Origin: Alphaproteobacteria bacterium
GTDB lineage: Bacteria; Pseudomonadota; Alphaproteobacteria; UBA6615
Direction: 5' to 3'
Assembly (NCBI GenBank): GCA_009694135.1
Contig: SHVS01000010.1
Span: 5,780-69,779 of the forward strand
Length of the DNA: 64,000 nucleotides
The position numbers and the translations under genes were made by a program. A model generated the notes under the pieces. It saw only the letters and a program-made list of their open reading frames with translations, made no database searches and was not told where the DNA came from. This document shows, one piece after another, positions 7,340 through 17,334 of the stretch (position 1 is its first letter; each line of letters starts with the position of its first letter).

Positions 7340-8793
7340 CAGCGGTCGATGTCGCCGAGGCAGACGTATTTCACTTCGAGATATTCATCGACGCCGTAGC
7401 GCGAGCCTTCGCGCCCGATGCCCGATTCCTTCATGCCGCCGAAGGGCGCGACCTCGGTCGAGATGATCCCCGTGTTGACGCCGACGACGCCAAACTCCAG
7501 CCGCTCGGCGATGCGGAAGATGCGGCCGATGTCGCGGCCGAAGAAATAAGCGGCGAGCCCGAACTCGGTGTCGTTGGCCATGCGCACGGCCTCGTCCTCG
7601 TCGCGGAAGCGAAACAGCGGCGCGACCGGACCGAAGGTTTCCTCGCGCGCGATGCGCATCTTTGGCGTCACCTCGGCCAGAACCGTCGGCTGGAAGAAAG
7701 AGCCGCCGAGCGCGTGCCGCTGGCCGCCGATGAGCACGCGCGCCCCGCCCGCGCGCGCGTCGGCGATATGCGCCTCGACCTTCTCGACCGCGGCCATATC
7801 GATCAGCGGACCTTGGGTCACGCCGGCGTCGGCGCCATTGCCGACCTTGAGCGCGCCCACGGCTTTGGACAGGAGCTTGGCGAACTCATCGTATACGCTG
7901 TCCTGGACCAGAAGCCGGTTGGCGCAAACGCAAGTCTGGCCGGCATTGCGGAACTTGGACGCGATTGCGCCCTCGACCGCGCGCGGAAGATCGGCGTCGT
8001 CGAAGACGATGAAGGGCGCATTGCCGCCCAATTCGAGCGAGAGTTTTTTCACCGTGCCGGCGGCGGCGACCATCAGCCTTTTGCCGACCTCAGTCGAGCC
8101 GGTGAAGCTGAGCTTGCGCACCGTCTGGTTCTCGGCCAGCTCGGCGCCAACTTCGCCAGCAGGGCCAGTGATGATATTGAGCACGCCGCGCGGAACGCCG
8201 GCACGCTCGGCCAGAACGCCCAGCGCTAGCGCCGAAAGCGGCGTCGCGCTGGCCGGCTTGACCACCAGCGTGCAGCCGACGGCAAGCGCCGGCCCGGCCT
8301 TGCGCGTGATCATCGCGGCCGGGAAGTTCCAGGGCGTGATCGCCGCTACGACCCCGACCGGCTGTTTCATGACGATGATCCGCTTGTCGGCCTGATGTTG
8401 CGGAATCGTATCGCCATAGATGCGCTTGCCCTCCTCGGCAAACCACTCGATGAAGGACGCGGCATACAGGATCTCGCCTTTGGCCTCGGCCAGCGGCTTT
8501 CCCTGCTCGGCGGTCATCAGCCGCGCCAGATCCTCCTCTGCAGCCACGATCAGATCAGCCCAACGACGCAGGATTTTAGCGCGCTCCTTGGCCAGGAGCC
8601 CGCGCCATGCTGGCAGCGCCGCCTCGGCCGCCGTGATCGCTTTTTGCGCATCGGCGCGAGTCAGGCGCGGCACGCGCCCGACCAGCGTTCCATCGGCCGG
8701 GTTCGTGACCGCGATCGAATCCTTGCCTGCAATCCACTCGCCGCCCACCAGGCAGCGGTCGCGTAACAACTCGCCATCACAGAGCTTGAGCAT
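7339..8793 (-). CDS. gabD: NAD(P)-dependent succinate-semialdehyde dehydrogenase
   Basis: Aldehyde dehydrogenase family. ITPWNFPAAMITRKAGPALAVGCTLVVKPA. LELGGNAPFIVFDDADL. FRNAGQTCVCANRLLV (catalytic Cys). Confidence 0.8.
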   Translation of the reverse strand: MLKLCDGELLRDRCLVGGEWIAGKDSIAVTNPADGTLVGRVPRLTRADAQKAITAAEAALPAWRGLLAKERAKILRRWADLIVAAEEDLARLMTAEQGKPLAEAKGEILYAASFIEWFAEEGKRIYGDTIPQHQADKRIIVMKQPVGVVAAITPWNFPAAMITRKAGPALAVGCTLVVKPASATPLSALALGVLAERAGVPRGVLNIITGPAGEVGAELAENQTVRKLSFTGSTEVGKRLMVAAAGTVKKLSLELGGNAPFIVFDDADLPRAVEGAIASKFRNAGQTCVCANRLLVQDSVYDEFAKLLSKAVGALKVGNGADAGVTQGPLIDMAAVEKVEAHIADARAGGARVLIGGQRHALGGSFFQPTVLAEVTPKMRIAREETFGPVAPLFRFRDEDEAVRMANDTEFGLAAYFFGRDIGRIFRIAERLEFGVVGVNTGIISTEVAPFGGMKESGIGREGSRYGVDEYLEVKYVCLGDIDR

Positions 8794-8807
8794 CCTGGGC
8801 CCTTTCG

Positions 8808-10784
8808 TCAGACGCGCATCGGAAGGATCATCATCTGCCGCCCGGCCAGGTGCAGCCGGCGCTGGAGCGCGATCGCCGTCTGGTTATGCAACAGCCGCAC
8901 GATCCAATTGTCCCGCTCGAACACCAGCTTGGTGCCGAAGAAGACGGCATGCGGATAACTTGCCGCCACGCGGTCGCAGAGCGTTGTCAACTCAGCCACC
9001 AAGTCGGTGCCGAAGCCGATCACCGCTTCGGCCGCCACCCCGTGCCGATGCGCATATTCCATATAGAAAGCGATCCTCTTGCCGACCTTGCGCTGCAACT
9101 TTTCCAGCGCCTTGGCGCCGCCAAAGCTCTGCGCATCGACCTCGCCCACGCTAATGAACACGTAGGATTTGAAATGGCCGGGAAACAGCCGCTCGACCCA
9201 AAGCAAGGTGTGCATGCCGGCGGCGAGCGAAGGGCCCATCAAGAACACCGCGATCGGCCGCGTGGGATCGGGCTTGGCCGGCGGCAGCGGCGGCAGCGGC
9301 GAACCTGGGCGCACCACGAACAACTCGCCGGCGCGGTCCAGCTTGGCCTTGACCCCTTCATAATGCTGCCGCAAGAGCATGCAGGTCCCGACCAAAGTCG
9401 CCAACAGCACGAGCGCGAGCAGCCCGCCGTCGCGCAAGCGTTCGACCAGCATCACCGCCAGGATCAGCCCGCAAATCGACCCCGACAACAGCGCGAGCGC
9501 GAGTTTGCGCCAGGCTCCGGGGGACGAACGCTGGCGCAGCCAATGCGCCACAAGCCCGGCGAAGGAGAGCAGAAACCCGGCAAACACGGCGACGCTGTAC
9601 AGCACCACCAGGATCGCGACTTGTCCGCCGGTGAGCAAAAGCGTGCCGATCGCAGCCGCGCCCATCAGCAGAACGCCATTCTGTGTCACCAAGCGCGTCG
9701 ACAGATAGCCAAAGGCATGCGGCACCCAATAATCGGCCGCCATATTGGCAAGGGTCGCCGGGCCGCCGACAAAACCGGTATTGGCGGCGCTGAACAGCAG
9801 CGCGGAGGCAGAAACAAGAGCAAAGGAAAGCACGGCTTGAGACAACGCGCCGTCGCCGAACAGATCCGCAAGGATCGCGCGGAAGGCCACCGCGTTCAGC
9901 GTCTGGCCATGCGTCGGCACTGCGTTCCACAGCAGATAGACCAGCATGATCCCGACCGCGGTGAAGGCGAGCGACGCGGCGGTATAGGCCATGGCCAGCT
10001 TGGCGGTGCGCACACGCGGTTCGGCGAGGGTATGCACCGTATTCGAAAGCGCTTCGATCCCGGTGTAGGTGCCGGCGCCGATCGCATAGGCGCGCAGCGC
10101 GAGAGCCAGCACGCCGGTCGCGCCCAGCTCGGAGGCGAGCGAACGCGTATCGGCGAGGCTGCTGGTGACCAAGCTGCCCATCGATCCCGCCTGCACGGCG
10201 ATGCCATAACCGATCAGCAGCGCGTGGCTGGCGAGAAAGGCGATGAAGATCGGCGCCAGCACCAGGATCGATTCGCGCGCCCCGCGCAGGTTCAGCGCAA
10301 CCAGCAGCGCGACGATGGCGAGTTCGAGCGGAATTTTGATCGCGACCAGTTCGGGCGCTAACAGGCTGAACAGCGCATCGACGCCGGCGGCGACCGAGAT
10401 CGCGATCGTCAGCACGTAATCGATCGCCAGCGCCGAACCGGCGACCAGCCCGGCATGCGCGCCGAGCAAGCGGCTGGCGGCTTTGTAGCCGCCGCCGCCC
10501 GAGGGAAACAGCTCGACCACTTGGTTGTAGCCGAGCGCGATCACGAACACCGTAAACCCGGTCGCGAGCGCAACCCCAAGTCCAAGACCGCCATGTTCGC
10601 CGAGGGCGAGAAACGCTTGCTCTGGACCATAATTCACCGAGGATAAACCGTCGGCGCCGATGCCGACCCAGGCCAGAACGGCGATCAGCGCCATGCGCCG
10701 CCGGGTGAGCGGCGCCATCGGGTCGCGCGGCGCGCCGAAGAGCAGGTTTCCGAGACTGCGCATGCGCGCGGCCGCGGCGGACAC
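8808..10784 (-). CDS. APC-superfamily permease with a C-terminal cytoplasmic domain, KimA-like (possible K+/H+ symporter)
   Basis: 658 aa, about 12 hydrophobic segments plus a soluble tail of about 180 aa. From memory of Bacillus KimA, these strings resemble it: GADGLSSVNYGPEQAF, LFPSGGGGYKAASRLLG, AIDYVLTIAISVAAGVDA, and C-terminal LLHNQTAIALQRRL. Confidence 0.6.
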   Translation of the reverse strand: MSAAAARMRSLGNLLFGAPRDPMAPLTRRRMALIAVLAWVGIGADGLSSVNYGPEQAFLALGEHGGLGLGVALATGFTVFVIALGYNQVVELFPSGGGGYKAASRLLGAHAGLVAGSALAIDYVLTIAISVAAGVDALFSLLAPELVAIKIPLELAIVALLVALNLRGARESILVLAPIFIAFLASHALLIGYGIAVQAGSMGSLVTSSLADTRSLASELGATGVLALALRAYAIGAGTYTGIEALSNTVHTLAEPRVRTAKLAMAYTAASLAFTAVGIMLVYLLWNAVPTHGQTLNAVAFRAILADLFGDGALSQAVLSFALVSASALLFSAANTGFVGGPATLANMAADYWVPHAFGYLSTRLVTQNGVLLMGAAAIGTLLLTGGQVAILVVLYSVAVFAGFLLSFAGLVAHWLRQRSSPGAWRKLALALLSGSICGLILAVMLVERLRDGGLLALVLLATLVGTCMLLRQHYEGVKAKLDRAGELFVVRPGSPLPPLPPAKPDPTRPIAVFLMGPSLAAGMHTLLWVERLFPGHFKSYVFISVGEVDAQSFGGAKALEKLQRKVGKRIAFYMEYAHRHGVAAEAVIGFGTDLVAELTTLCDRVAASYPHAVFFGTKLVFERDNWIVRLLHNQTAIALQRRLHLAGRQMMILPMRV

Positions 10785-10789
10785 GCCGG

Positions 10790-11731
10790 CTAGGAGCGGG
10801 TTGTCGCTTGTTCGGCGCGCGGACCGCCAGGGGCCACCGACTGGCGCACCGATGGCAGATAGAGCATCAGCGACGACGCGACATAGACGGTCGAATAGGT
10901 GCCGATAATGATGCCCCAGGCCATCGCCAGGCTGAACCCAGCCAGAACCGGGCCACCAAAGAACAACAACGCCAGCGTCGCCAGCATCGTCGTGCTGCTG
11001 GTCACGACGGTGCGCGCGATCGTTTCATTGACCGACAGGTTGATCAGCTCCGCCAGCCCCATCGTCTTGAATTTGCGCAGGTTCTCGCGAATGCGGTCGA
11101 ACACCACGACGGTGTCATTCACCGAATAGCCGGCGATGGTCAGAATCGCGGCGATCGAGGTCAAATTGAACTCGATCCCGAACAGGGAGAAGAGTCCGAC
11201 CGTGGTGACCACGTCATGCAGGGTCGCGACCATGGCCGCGATCCCGAACTGCCATTCGAAGCGGAAGGCGACATAACCGGCGATCGCCAGCACAGCCACC
11301 GCCGCGGCGAGCAATCCTTGATTGAACAGTTCGGTCGAGACCTTGGGCCCCACGGTTTCGACGCGGCGATATTCGACGCCCGGGCCAAGCAATTCCTTGA
11401 CCTTGTTGGACGCCGCGAGCTGCGCTTCGTCGCCGCCGTCTTGCTTTTCGACCCGAATCAACAGCCGGTCGAGCGTGCCGAGATCCTGCAGCTCGACCTC
11501 TCCGACCCCCAGCCCGCCGAGCTTTGCACGCAGATCGCCCAGATCAAAGGCTTGCTTGCCGGCGACTTCGAGCAGGATGCCGCCGCGGAAATCGATGCCA
11601 AGCGCCAGGCCCTGGAGGGAAAGCGATACCGCGGTGAGCGCGAACAGCGTCCCCGTCAGCAAGAACGCATACAGCCGCACGCCGACGAAATTAAACTTCG
11701 ATACGGCCGGAAATAAGCTGAACCCGCGCAT
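10790..11731 (-). CDS. secF: Protein translocase subunit SecF
   Basis: N-terminus FNFVGVRLYAFLLTG...GIDFRGG. C-terminal RND-like six-TM half (IAGYSVNDTVVVFDRIRENL). Confidence 0.85.
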   Translation of the reverse strand: MRGFSLFPAVSKFNFVGVRLYAFLLTGTLFALTAVSLSLQGLALGIDFRGGILLEVAGKQAFDLGDLRAKLGGLGVGEVELQDLGTLDRLLIRVEKQDGGDEAQLAASNKVKELLGPGVEYRRVETVGPKVSTELFNQGLLAAAVAVLAIAGYVAFRFEWQFGIAAMVATLHDVVTTVGLFSLFGIEFNLTSIAAILTIAGYSVNDTVVVFDRIRENLRKFKTMGLAELINLSVNETIARTVVTSSTTMLATLALLFFGGPVLAGFSLAMAWGIIIGTYSTVYVASSLMLYLPSVRQSVAPGGPRAEQATTRS

Positions 11732-11838
11732 TCCGTCTGCCTCAGCCTGTGTTCGCTACAATACCCCGCCCGCCCAATCGTTATGGGCCGACGGCGCCAT
11801 GGAATGCGCCCGTCGCTCAAACTTGTAAAGCGGGGCGG

Positions 11839-12612
11839 CTAATGCAGCCGCGCCCAGAGGCGCTGCTGAATAGCGAAGACCAGGGCGGCGAAGGTAAGCA
11901 GGAACAGCAGCACCCGCGTTCCGACCCGTTTGCGCTCTTCGAGCGTCGGCTCGGACGCCCAGGCGAGGAAGGTCACGACGTCATGGGCCGCCTGCTCGAC
12001 CGACGCCGGGGTGCCGTCCGTGAAAGTGACCGCACCCGCACTTAAGGGCCGCGGCATGGCGATCTGATGGCCAGGGAACACCCGGTTGTAATTCAGCCCT
12101 GGCGCCACGGCGAAACCCTGCGGGGCCTTGTCATAGCCGGTCAAGATGCCGAACACATAATCCGGACCGCCATTGCGCGCCTTGATCATCAGCGACAAAT
12201 CCGGCGGCAGCGCGCCATTATTGGCCGCGCGCGCCGCCTTTTCATTGGCGAAGGGAGGCGGCATGCGATCGGAGACCCGCGCCGGCCGCTTGAACATATC
12301 GCCATCGTCGTTGGGACCATCGAGGACTTCTCGCGCGGCGGCGATGGCGCTCAGCTCGCTTTCGTCGAAACCGAGAGCGGCGAGGCTGTTGAAGGATAGA
12401 AACCGCAGCCCGTGGCAAAATTGGCACGCCTGGGTATAGACCTCGAACCCGCGCCGCGCCGCATTACGGTCGAAGCGATCAAACGGGCCGGAAAACGACC
12501 ATTTGATGCGCGGGAGTTCGATCTCCTCCGCCGCCCGCACGGGAGCCAGCCAGAGGCCGACGCCGGCAAGCATCAGGGCCGCCAAAGGGCGAATCATACG
12601 GCGCGCGCGCAT
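11839..12612 (-). CDS. petC: Cytochrome c1 of the bc1 complex
   Basis: Signal peptide. Heme site CQFCHG. C-terminal TM anchor VLLFLLTFAALVFAI. It follows petB directly. Confidence 0.85.
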   Translation of the reverse strand: MRARRMIRPLAALMLAGVGLWLAPVRAAEEIELPRIKWSFSGPFDRFDRNAARRGFEVYTQACQFCHGLRFLSFNSLAALGFDESELSAIAAAREVLDGPNDDGDMFKRPARVSDRMPPPFANEKAARAANNGALPPDLSLMIKARNGGPDYVFGILTGYDKAPQGFAVAPGLNYNRVFPGHQIAMPRPLSAGAVTFTDGTPASVEQAAHDVVTFLAWASEPTLEERKRVGTRVLLFLLTFAALVFAIQQRLWARLH

Positions 12613-13856
12613 TAGGCGGCTCCCGACTTGATGGCGGCGGAGATGCTCGCGGGCAGCGGCAGAGTCTTCTCACGCCTCCCGAGCAAAGGCAGCACCACGA
12701 GAAAATGCGCGAAGTAGTAGAGCGTCGCCGCCTTGGCCACCCAGAGCGCGGCGCCTTCCGGCGGGCGCGAACCGGCCCAGCCGAGCGCCACGATGGCGGC
12801 AATCAACACCCAGAAGAAGCCCCGATAGATGGGCCGAAACCGCGCGCTACGCACCGGCGAAGTGTCGAGCCAGGGCACGAAAAACAATACCAGGATCGAG
12901 GCGCCCATGGCGATCACCCCGCCAAGCTTGGCATCGATGATCCACAGATTGGGGACGGCGCGCAGGATCGCGTAAAACGGCCAGAAATACCATTCGGGCA
13001 CGATATGCGGCGGCGTTTGCAGCGGATTGGCCGGCACATAATTGACCGTCTCGCCCAGCATGTTGGGCGCGAAGAAGGTGAACAGCGAGAAGGCGATCAG
13101 CGCGACCACGATGGCGAAGCCATCTTTGGCGGTCAGGTAGGGATGAAACGGGACCGTTTCATCCGCGCTCTTGGGCTCAATGCCGAGCGGGTTGTTCGAG
13201 CGAACGATGTGCAATGCGATGACATGCAGGCCGATCACCGCGGCGATCACGAAGGCCATCAGGTAATGCAGCGCATAGAAACGCGTGAGCGTCGGGTTAT
13301 CGACCGAATAGCCGCCCAGGATCCAGCTCACGAGCATGTCTCCGACCAGCGGAATGGCGCTGAACAGGTTGGTGATGACGGTCGCCGCCCAGTAGCTCAT
13401 CTGCCCCCAGGGAAGCACATAGCCGAGAAACGCCGAGGCCATCATGCACAGCAGCAAGACCACGCCAAAAATCCACAACAGCTCGCGCGGCGCCTTGTAG
13501 GAGCCGTAATACAGTCCCCGCAGCAGATGGATATAAACGGCGGCGAAAAAGAACGACGCCCCATTCATGTGCATGTAACGCAGCAGCCAGCCCCAATTCA
13601 CGTCGCGCATGATGCGTTCGACCGAATCGAAAGCGAGGTCCTTGTGCGCCGTGTAGTGCATCGCCAGGAAAATTCCGGTCACCATCAGAATGGCGAAAAA
13701 GACCGAGGCGATCGCCCCCAGGCTCCAGAGATAATTGACGTTGCGCGGCATCGGAAACTCGCCGTACTCGCGCTGCAGATAGGTGAACACCGGCAGGCGT
13801 GCGTCGATCCACTCAACGATGCGCGGGCGGTTGCCGCCGTTGGATTTGACCTTCAT
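12612..13856 (-). CDS. petB: Cytochrome b
   Basis: [25 protein letters not shown]...[21 protein letters not shown]...[13 protein letters not shown], classic cytochrome b signatures. Confidence 0.9.
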   Translation of the reverse strand: MKVKSNGGNRPRIVEWIDARLPVFTYLQREYGEFPMPRNVNYLWSLGAIASVFFAILMVTGIFLAMHYTAHKDLAFDSVERIMRDVNWGWLLRYMHMNGASFFFAAVYIHLLRGLYYGSYKAPRELLWIFGVVLLLCMMASAFLGYVLPWGQMSYWAATVITNLFSAIPLVGDMLVSWILGGYSVDNPTLTRFYALHYLMAFVIAAVIGLHVIALHIVRSNNPLGIEPKSADETVPFHPYLTAKDGFAIVVALIAFSLFTFFAPNMLGETVNYVPANPLQTPPHIVPEWYFWPFYAILRAVPNLWIIDAKLGGVIAMGASILVLFFVPWLDTSPVRSARFRPIYRGFFWVLIAAIVALGWAGSRPPEGAALWVAKAATLYYFAHFLVVLPLLGRREKTLPLPASISAAIKSGAA

Positions 13857-13871
13857 GGGAGGTGCCTTCGG

Positions 13872-14414
13872 CTAACCGATACGCAGGACGTTACTGTCGC
13901 GAAAGCTATAATGCGGCACGGCGAGATTGGCCGGCGCCGGTCCGCGCCGGATGCGGCCGGAGGTGTCGTAATGCGAGCCGTGGCACGGGCAGAACCAGCC
14001 GCCGAAGTCGCCGCGGCTATCGCCCGGCCGCTGCCCGAGCGGAACGCAGCCCAGATGGGTGCAGACGCCGACCAGGACGATCCATTCCGGCTTGGTCGCG
14101 CGCGCTTCGTCGCTCACCGGGTCGCGCAGTTCCGCCGCCGGAACGGCGCGCGCCGCGGCGACTTCCGCTGGCGTGCGATGGCGCACGAACACGGGCTTGC
14201 CGCGCCACAATACGGTGATGCTTTGACCCGCGGCGATCGGATCGAGATCAACATCGGTTGTCGATGCTGCGAGCACATCCTGGGCCGGGTTCATAGAATT
14301 GATGAACGGCCACAACGCCGTCGCGACGCCGGCCGCGCCAAATGCGGTCGTTACCAACGACAGGAATTCGCGCCGGCTATCCTCGCCGGCCTTGTCCGTC
14401 TCCGACTCTTGCAT
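13872..14414 (-). CDS. petA: Ubiquinol-cytochrome c reductase Rieske iron-sulfur subunit
   Basis: Tat-type SRREFL. Rieske boxes CTHLGCVP and CPCHGSHYD. Confidence 0.9.
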   Translation of the reverse strand: MQESETDKAGEDSRREFLSLVTTAFGAAGVATALWPFINSMNPAQDVLAASTTDVDLDPIAAGQSITVLWRGKPVFVRHRTPAEVAAARAVPAAELRDPVSDEARATKPEWIVLVGVCTHLGCVPLGQRPGDSRGDFGGWFCPCHGSHYDTSGRIRRGPAPANLAVPHYSFRDSNVLRIG

Positions 14415-14539
14415 CCTGCCCCCTCGCTGTCCGCCGGCGCCGCGAGTAAGTTCTTGCTGGCGCGCCCCGAATCGCCCGCGCGCGACCCTATGGCGAGGCC
14501 CTATAGATCAAGTTAACGGCCCAGCAAAGGCCTATCCCT

Positions 14540-15007
14540 ATGCGCCTTGCCCTCTACCAGCCCGAGATCCCGCAGAATGCCGGTACGCTGCTACGTCTCG
14601 GCGCATGCCTCGGCGTTGAAATCGACATTATCGAGCCGTGCGGCTTCGCCTTCACCGATCGCCTGTTCCTGCGCGCCGGGCTGGATTACCTGCCGCGCGC
14701 AACCTATTACCGCCATGACTCGTGGGATGCGTTCCTGACCGCCCGCCCGCCTGGAGCGCGGCTTGTTTTGCTCAGCACGCGCGCGTCGCAGAGCTATGTC
14801 TCGCTGGCATTCCGCCCGACGGATATCCTGCTGCTCGGTCGCGAGACCGAGGGCGTGCCCGAATCCATCCACGCCACGGCCGATGAGCGCGTGCGTGTGC
14901 CGATGCGCGCCGGTTTGCGCTCGCTCAATGTCGCCGTGGCCGGCGCCATGGTGCTGGGCGAGGCGTTGCGGCAGACGGTCGCCTTCCCCACTGACCTGGG
15001 GCATTGA
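14540..15007 (+). CDS. trmL: tRNA (cytidine/uridine-2'-O-)-methyltransferase TrmL (SpoU family)
   Basis: [25 protein letters not shown]...[11 protein letters not shown]...[19 protein letters not shown]. Confidence 0.8.
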   Translation: MRLALYQPEIPQNAGTLLRLGACLGVEIDIIEPCGFAFTDRLFLRAGLDYLPRATYYRHDSWDAFLTARPPGARLVLLSTRASQSYVSLAFRPTDILLLGRETEGVPESIHATADERVRVPMRAGLRSLNVAVAGAMVLGEALRQTVAFPTDLGH

Positions 15008-15039
15008 ACGCACCGCGCACGCGTGCTCAATCTGCACGC

Positions 15040-15933
15040 ATGACCAGCGCCTCAAACGACTTGCCGACCGGCGACCCGGCCGAGCGCGACCAAGCCGAAC
15101 GTTGGTTCGCGACTTTGCGCGACGATATTTGCTCGGCGTTCGAGGCGATAGAGCGCGACCATCGCGGCCCCATGGCCGACCGCCCGGCGGGAAGCTTCGT
15201 GCGCCAACCGTGGCAGCGCACCGATCAGGTCAGCGGCGAGGCCGGCGGCGGCGGCGTGATGTCGGTGATGCATGGCCGCGTGTTCGAGAAGGTCGGGGTG
15301 AATATCTCGACCGTTTGGGGCCGCTTCACCGAGGAGTTCCGCAAGCAGATGCCGGGCGCCGCCACCGACGGGCGCTTCTGGGCGAGCGGAATTTCCCTGG
15401 TGGCGCATATGCAATCGCCGCTGGTGCCGGCGGTGCATATGAACACCCGCCATATCGTCACCAGCGGGAAGACTTGGTTCGGCGGCGGCGCCGACCTGAC
15501 TCCGATGGTTCCGCGCGCGGAAGAAACCGAGGCGTTTCACGCCGCGCTCAAACGCGCTTGCGACCGCCACGATCCGGCTTATTACCCGCGCTTCAAGGCC
15601 TGGTGCGACGAGTATTTCTTCCTCAAGCACCGCGGCGAGCCGCGCGGCGTCGGTGGGATCTTCTACGACGAGTTGGCGACCGGCGACTGGGCGCGCGATT
15701 TCGCCTTCACCCAGGACGTGGGACGCGCGTTTCACGAGCTCTATCCGACTCTTGTGCGCCGGCACATGGATCGAGCCTGGAGCGCCGAGGAGCGCCAGGC
15801 GCAGTTGGTCAAACGCGGCCGCTATGTCGAGTTCAACCTGCTCTACGACCGCGGCACGCGTTTCGGGCTGATGACCGGCGGTAATGTCGAGGCAATCCTG
15901 ATGTCATTGCCACCGCAGGCCGCCTGGCCTTAG
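15040..15933 (+). CDS. hemF: Oxygen-dependent coproporphyrinogen III oxidase (ATG 15040 preferred over the track's TTG 15004)
   Basis: [24 protein letters not shown]...[20 protein letters not shown]...[10 protein letters not shown]...[16 protein letters not shown]. Confidence 0.85.
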   Translation: MTSASNDLPTGDPAERDQAERWFATLRDDICSAFEAIERDHRGPMADRPAGSFVRQPWQRTDQVSGEAGGGGVMSVMHGRVFEKVGVNISTVWGRFTEEFRKQMPGAATDGRFWASGISLVAHMQSPLVPAVHMNTRHIVTSGKTWFGGGADLTPMVPRAEETEAFHAALKRACDRHDPAYYPRFKAWCDEYFFLKHRGEPRGVGGIFYDELATGDWARDFAFTQDVGRAFHELYPTLVRRHMDRAWSAEERQAQLVKRGRYVEFNLLYDRGTRFGLMTGGNVEAILMSLPPQAAWP

Positions 15934-16170
15934 TCTCAACCGTGAACGGGCGTGGACGGCCCGTATTTGCTGCAAGAACTGCTGGCGCTGGGCTGCGCGA
16001 CACTTGGACACAGGGGCAAAAGAAGCGACGGTCGCTCGATTGTTACGTGAGGAAATTGCGGCGGTAGCCTATGCCTCCGCGCACAGCATGCGTCGGGCGT
16101 AGTTTGGAATGGCCGTTCAACACTCGGCTTATGGAAAAAAACTGGGGAGAACACGAACAAGCCGCATTTC

Positions 16171-16680
16171 TTGCGTGTAGCGGCCGCCACGTTGATGGCC
16201 TTGACTTTCGTCACCGCGGCGCGAGCTGAAGACGTGCAGATTGCGGCCTTCTTTGGCCGCTTCGAAGGCACCGGCATCACCGAGAAGCTGGAAACGCGCT
16301 ATTACGGCATCAAAGCCAACGACTTTGACGTAGAGATCGGGCAGGACGGCATCGGCTTTTTTGTCAGCTGGACACGCGTCGATCGCGTCAGCCTCGATCC
16401 GGCCAACCAGGAAGTGAAGCGGCAGGCGCAGAGGATCCAGTTCGTGCCCAGCGGCCATTCCGGCACCTATCGCGCTACGATCCCGGACGCGAAGGTCGCC
16501 GGCGCCTATACCTGGGCCACGATTTCCGGACAGTCGTTGACCATCAGTCAGATGGGCATCGACGAAGCGGGCGGCATTGAGCTTCAGACCTATGACCGCA
16601 CCCTGACCGACTTGGGCATGGTGCTTGAGGCGAGCCGGGTGCGGAATTTCGAACAGCTGCTGTTTCTGGGGGCCGCTTGA
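16171..16680 (+). CDS. Secreted hypothetical protein, tandem paralog 1 (start uncertain)
   Basis: Signal-like MRVAAATLMALTFVTAARA. Collinear similarity to the next ORF (see findings). Confidence 0.5.
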   Translation: MRVAAATLMALTFVTAARAEDVQIAAFFGRFEGTGITEKLETRYYGIKANDFDVEIGQDGIGFFVSWTRVDRVSLDPANQEVKRQAQRIQFVPSGHSGTYRATIPDAKVAGAYTWATISGQSLTISQMGIDEAGGIELQTYDRTLTDLGMVLEASRVRNFEQLLFLGAA

Positions 16681-16761
16681 TTAAGGTATCTAATTAGAGG
16701 CGTATCCGATTCCGGATTGGGCCGGAGCAGTTTCGCCTCGCATGCCAAACAGGAGGCGCCG

Positions 16762-17334
16762 ATGAGGAAATTACTGGCTCCCGTCGTTCTCCTGGCCGCG
16801 GCCTTGTTCGCCGCAACGCCCGGTCGCGCCGACAAGCTTGATCGCTTCATTGGCAGCTATGTCGGAACGGCGGTTGCCGAGCGGATCGGAGATGGCGCCG
16901 ATGGCGTCGAACAGCGCGACCTGGACGTCACCATCGCGCGCTTTCAGCAAACCGGCTTTTCGATCCGCTGGATCACAGTCGTTCTCGGCCCCTCGGGGCA
17001 GCGCGCCGGCCCCGACGTGCGCCGGCGCGCGGTGGATGAGGATTTCACCCCGTCCGCCGACCTGCCGGGCGTATTCGTCCTGGCGCCGAAGGGGGGATTG
17101 TTCTCTCGCTCGGAACTGTCCAATCCGCTCAAGGGCGAACCGATGCGCTGGGCCACGATCAAGGGCGACGTGATGTCGGTCTATTCGATCGCGATCTTGC
17201 CCAACGACGAAGCCGAGATGCAGATCTACTACCGAACCCTAACCCCGGAGGGGAACCTCAAGTCGGAGTTCGTGCGTACCGAAAACGACCGGCCAAAAGT
17301 GCGTATCACCGGTCAGCTCACGCGGGCGAAATAG
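16762..17334 (+). CDS. Secreted hypothetical protein, tandem paralog 2
   Basis: AGGAGG lies 5 nt before ATG 16762. Signal peptide MRKLLAPVVLLAAALFAATPGRA. Confidence 0.55.
   Translation: MRKLLAPVVLLAAALFAATPGRADKLDRFIGSYVGTAVAERIGDGADGVEQRDLDVTIARFQQTGFSIRWITVVLGPSGQRAGPDVRRRAVDEDFTPSADLPGVFVLAPKGGLFSRSELSNPLKGEPMRWATIKGDVMSVYSIAILPNDEAEMQIYYRTLTPEGNLKSEFVRTENDRPKVRITGQLTRAK

Noticed and set aside
8850-10361. 503-aa plus-strand ORF
   Set aside because: It is antisense to the KimA-like permease and has a low-complexity R/G/H/Q composition. The minus strand gives a coherent 12-TM protein.
12705-14516. 603-aa plus-strand ORF
   Set aside because: It is antisense to cytochrome b and the Rieske protein, both of which carry diagnostic motifs.
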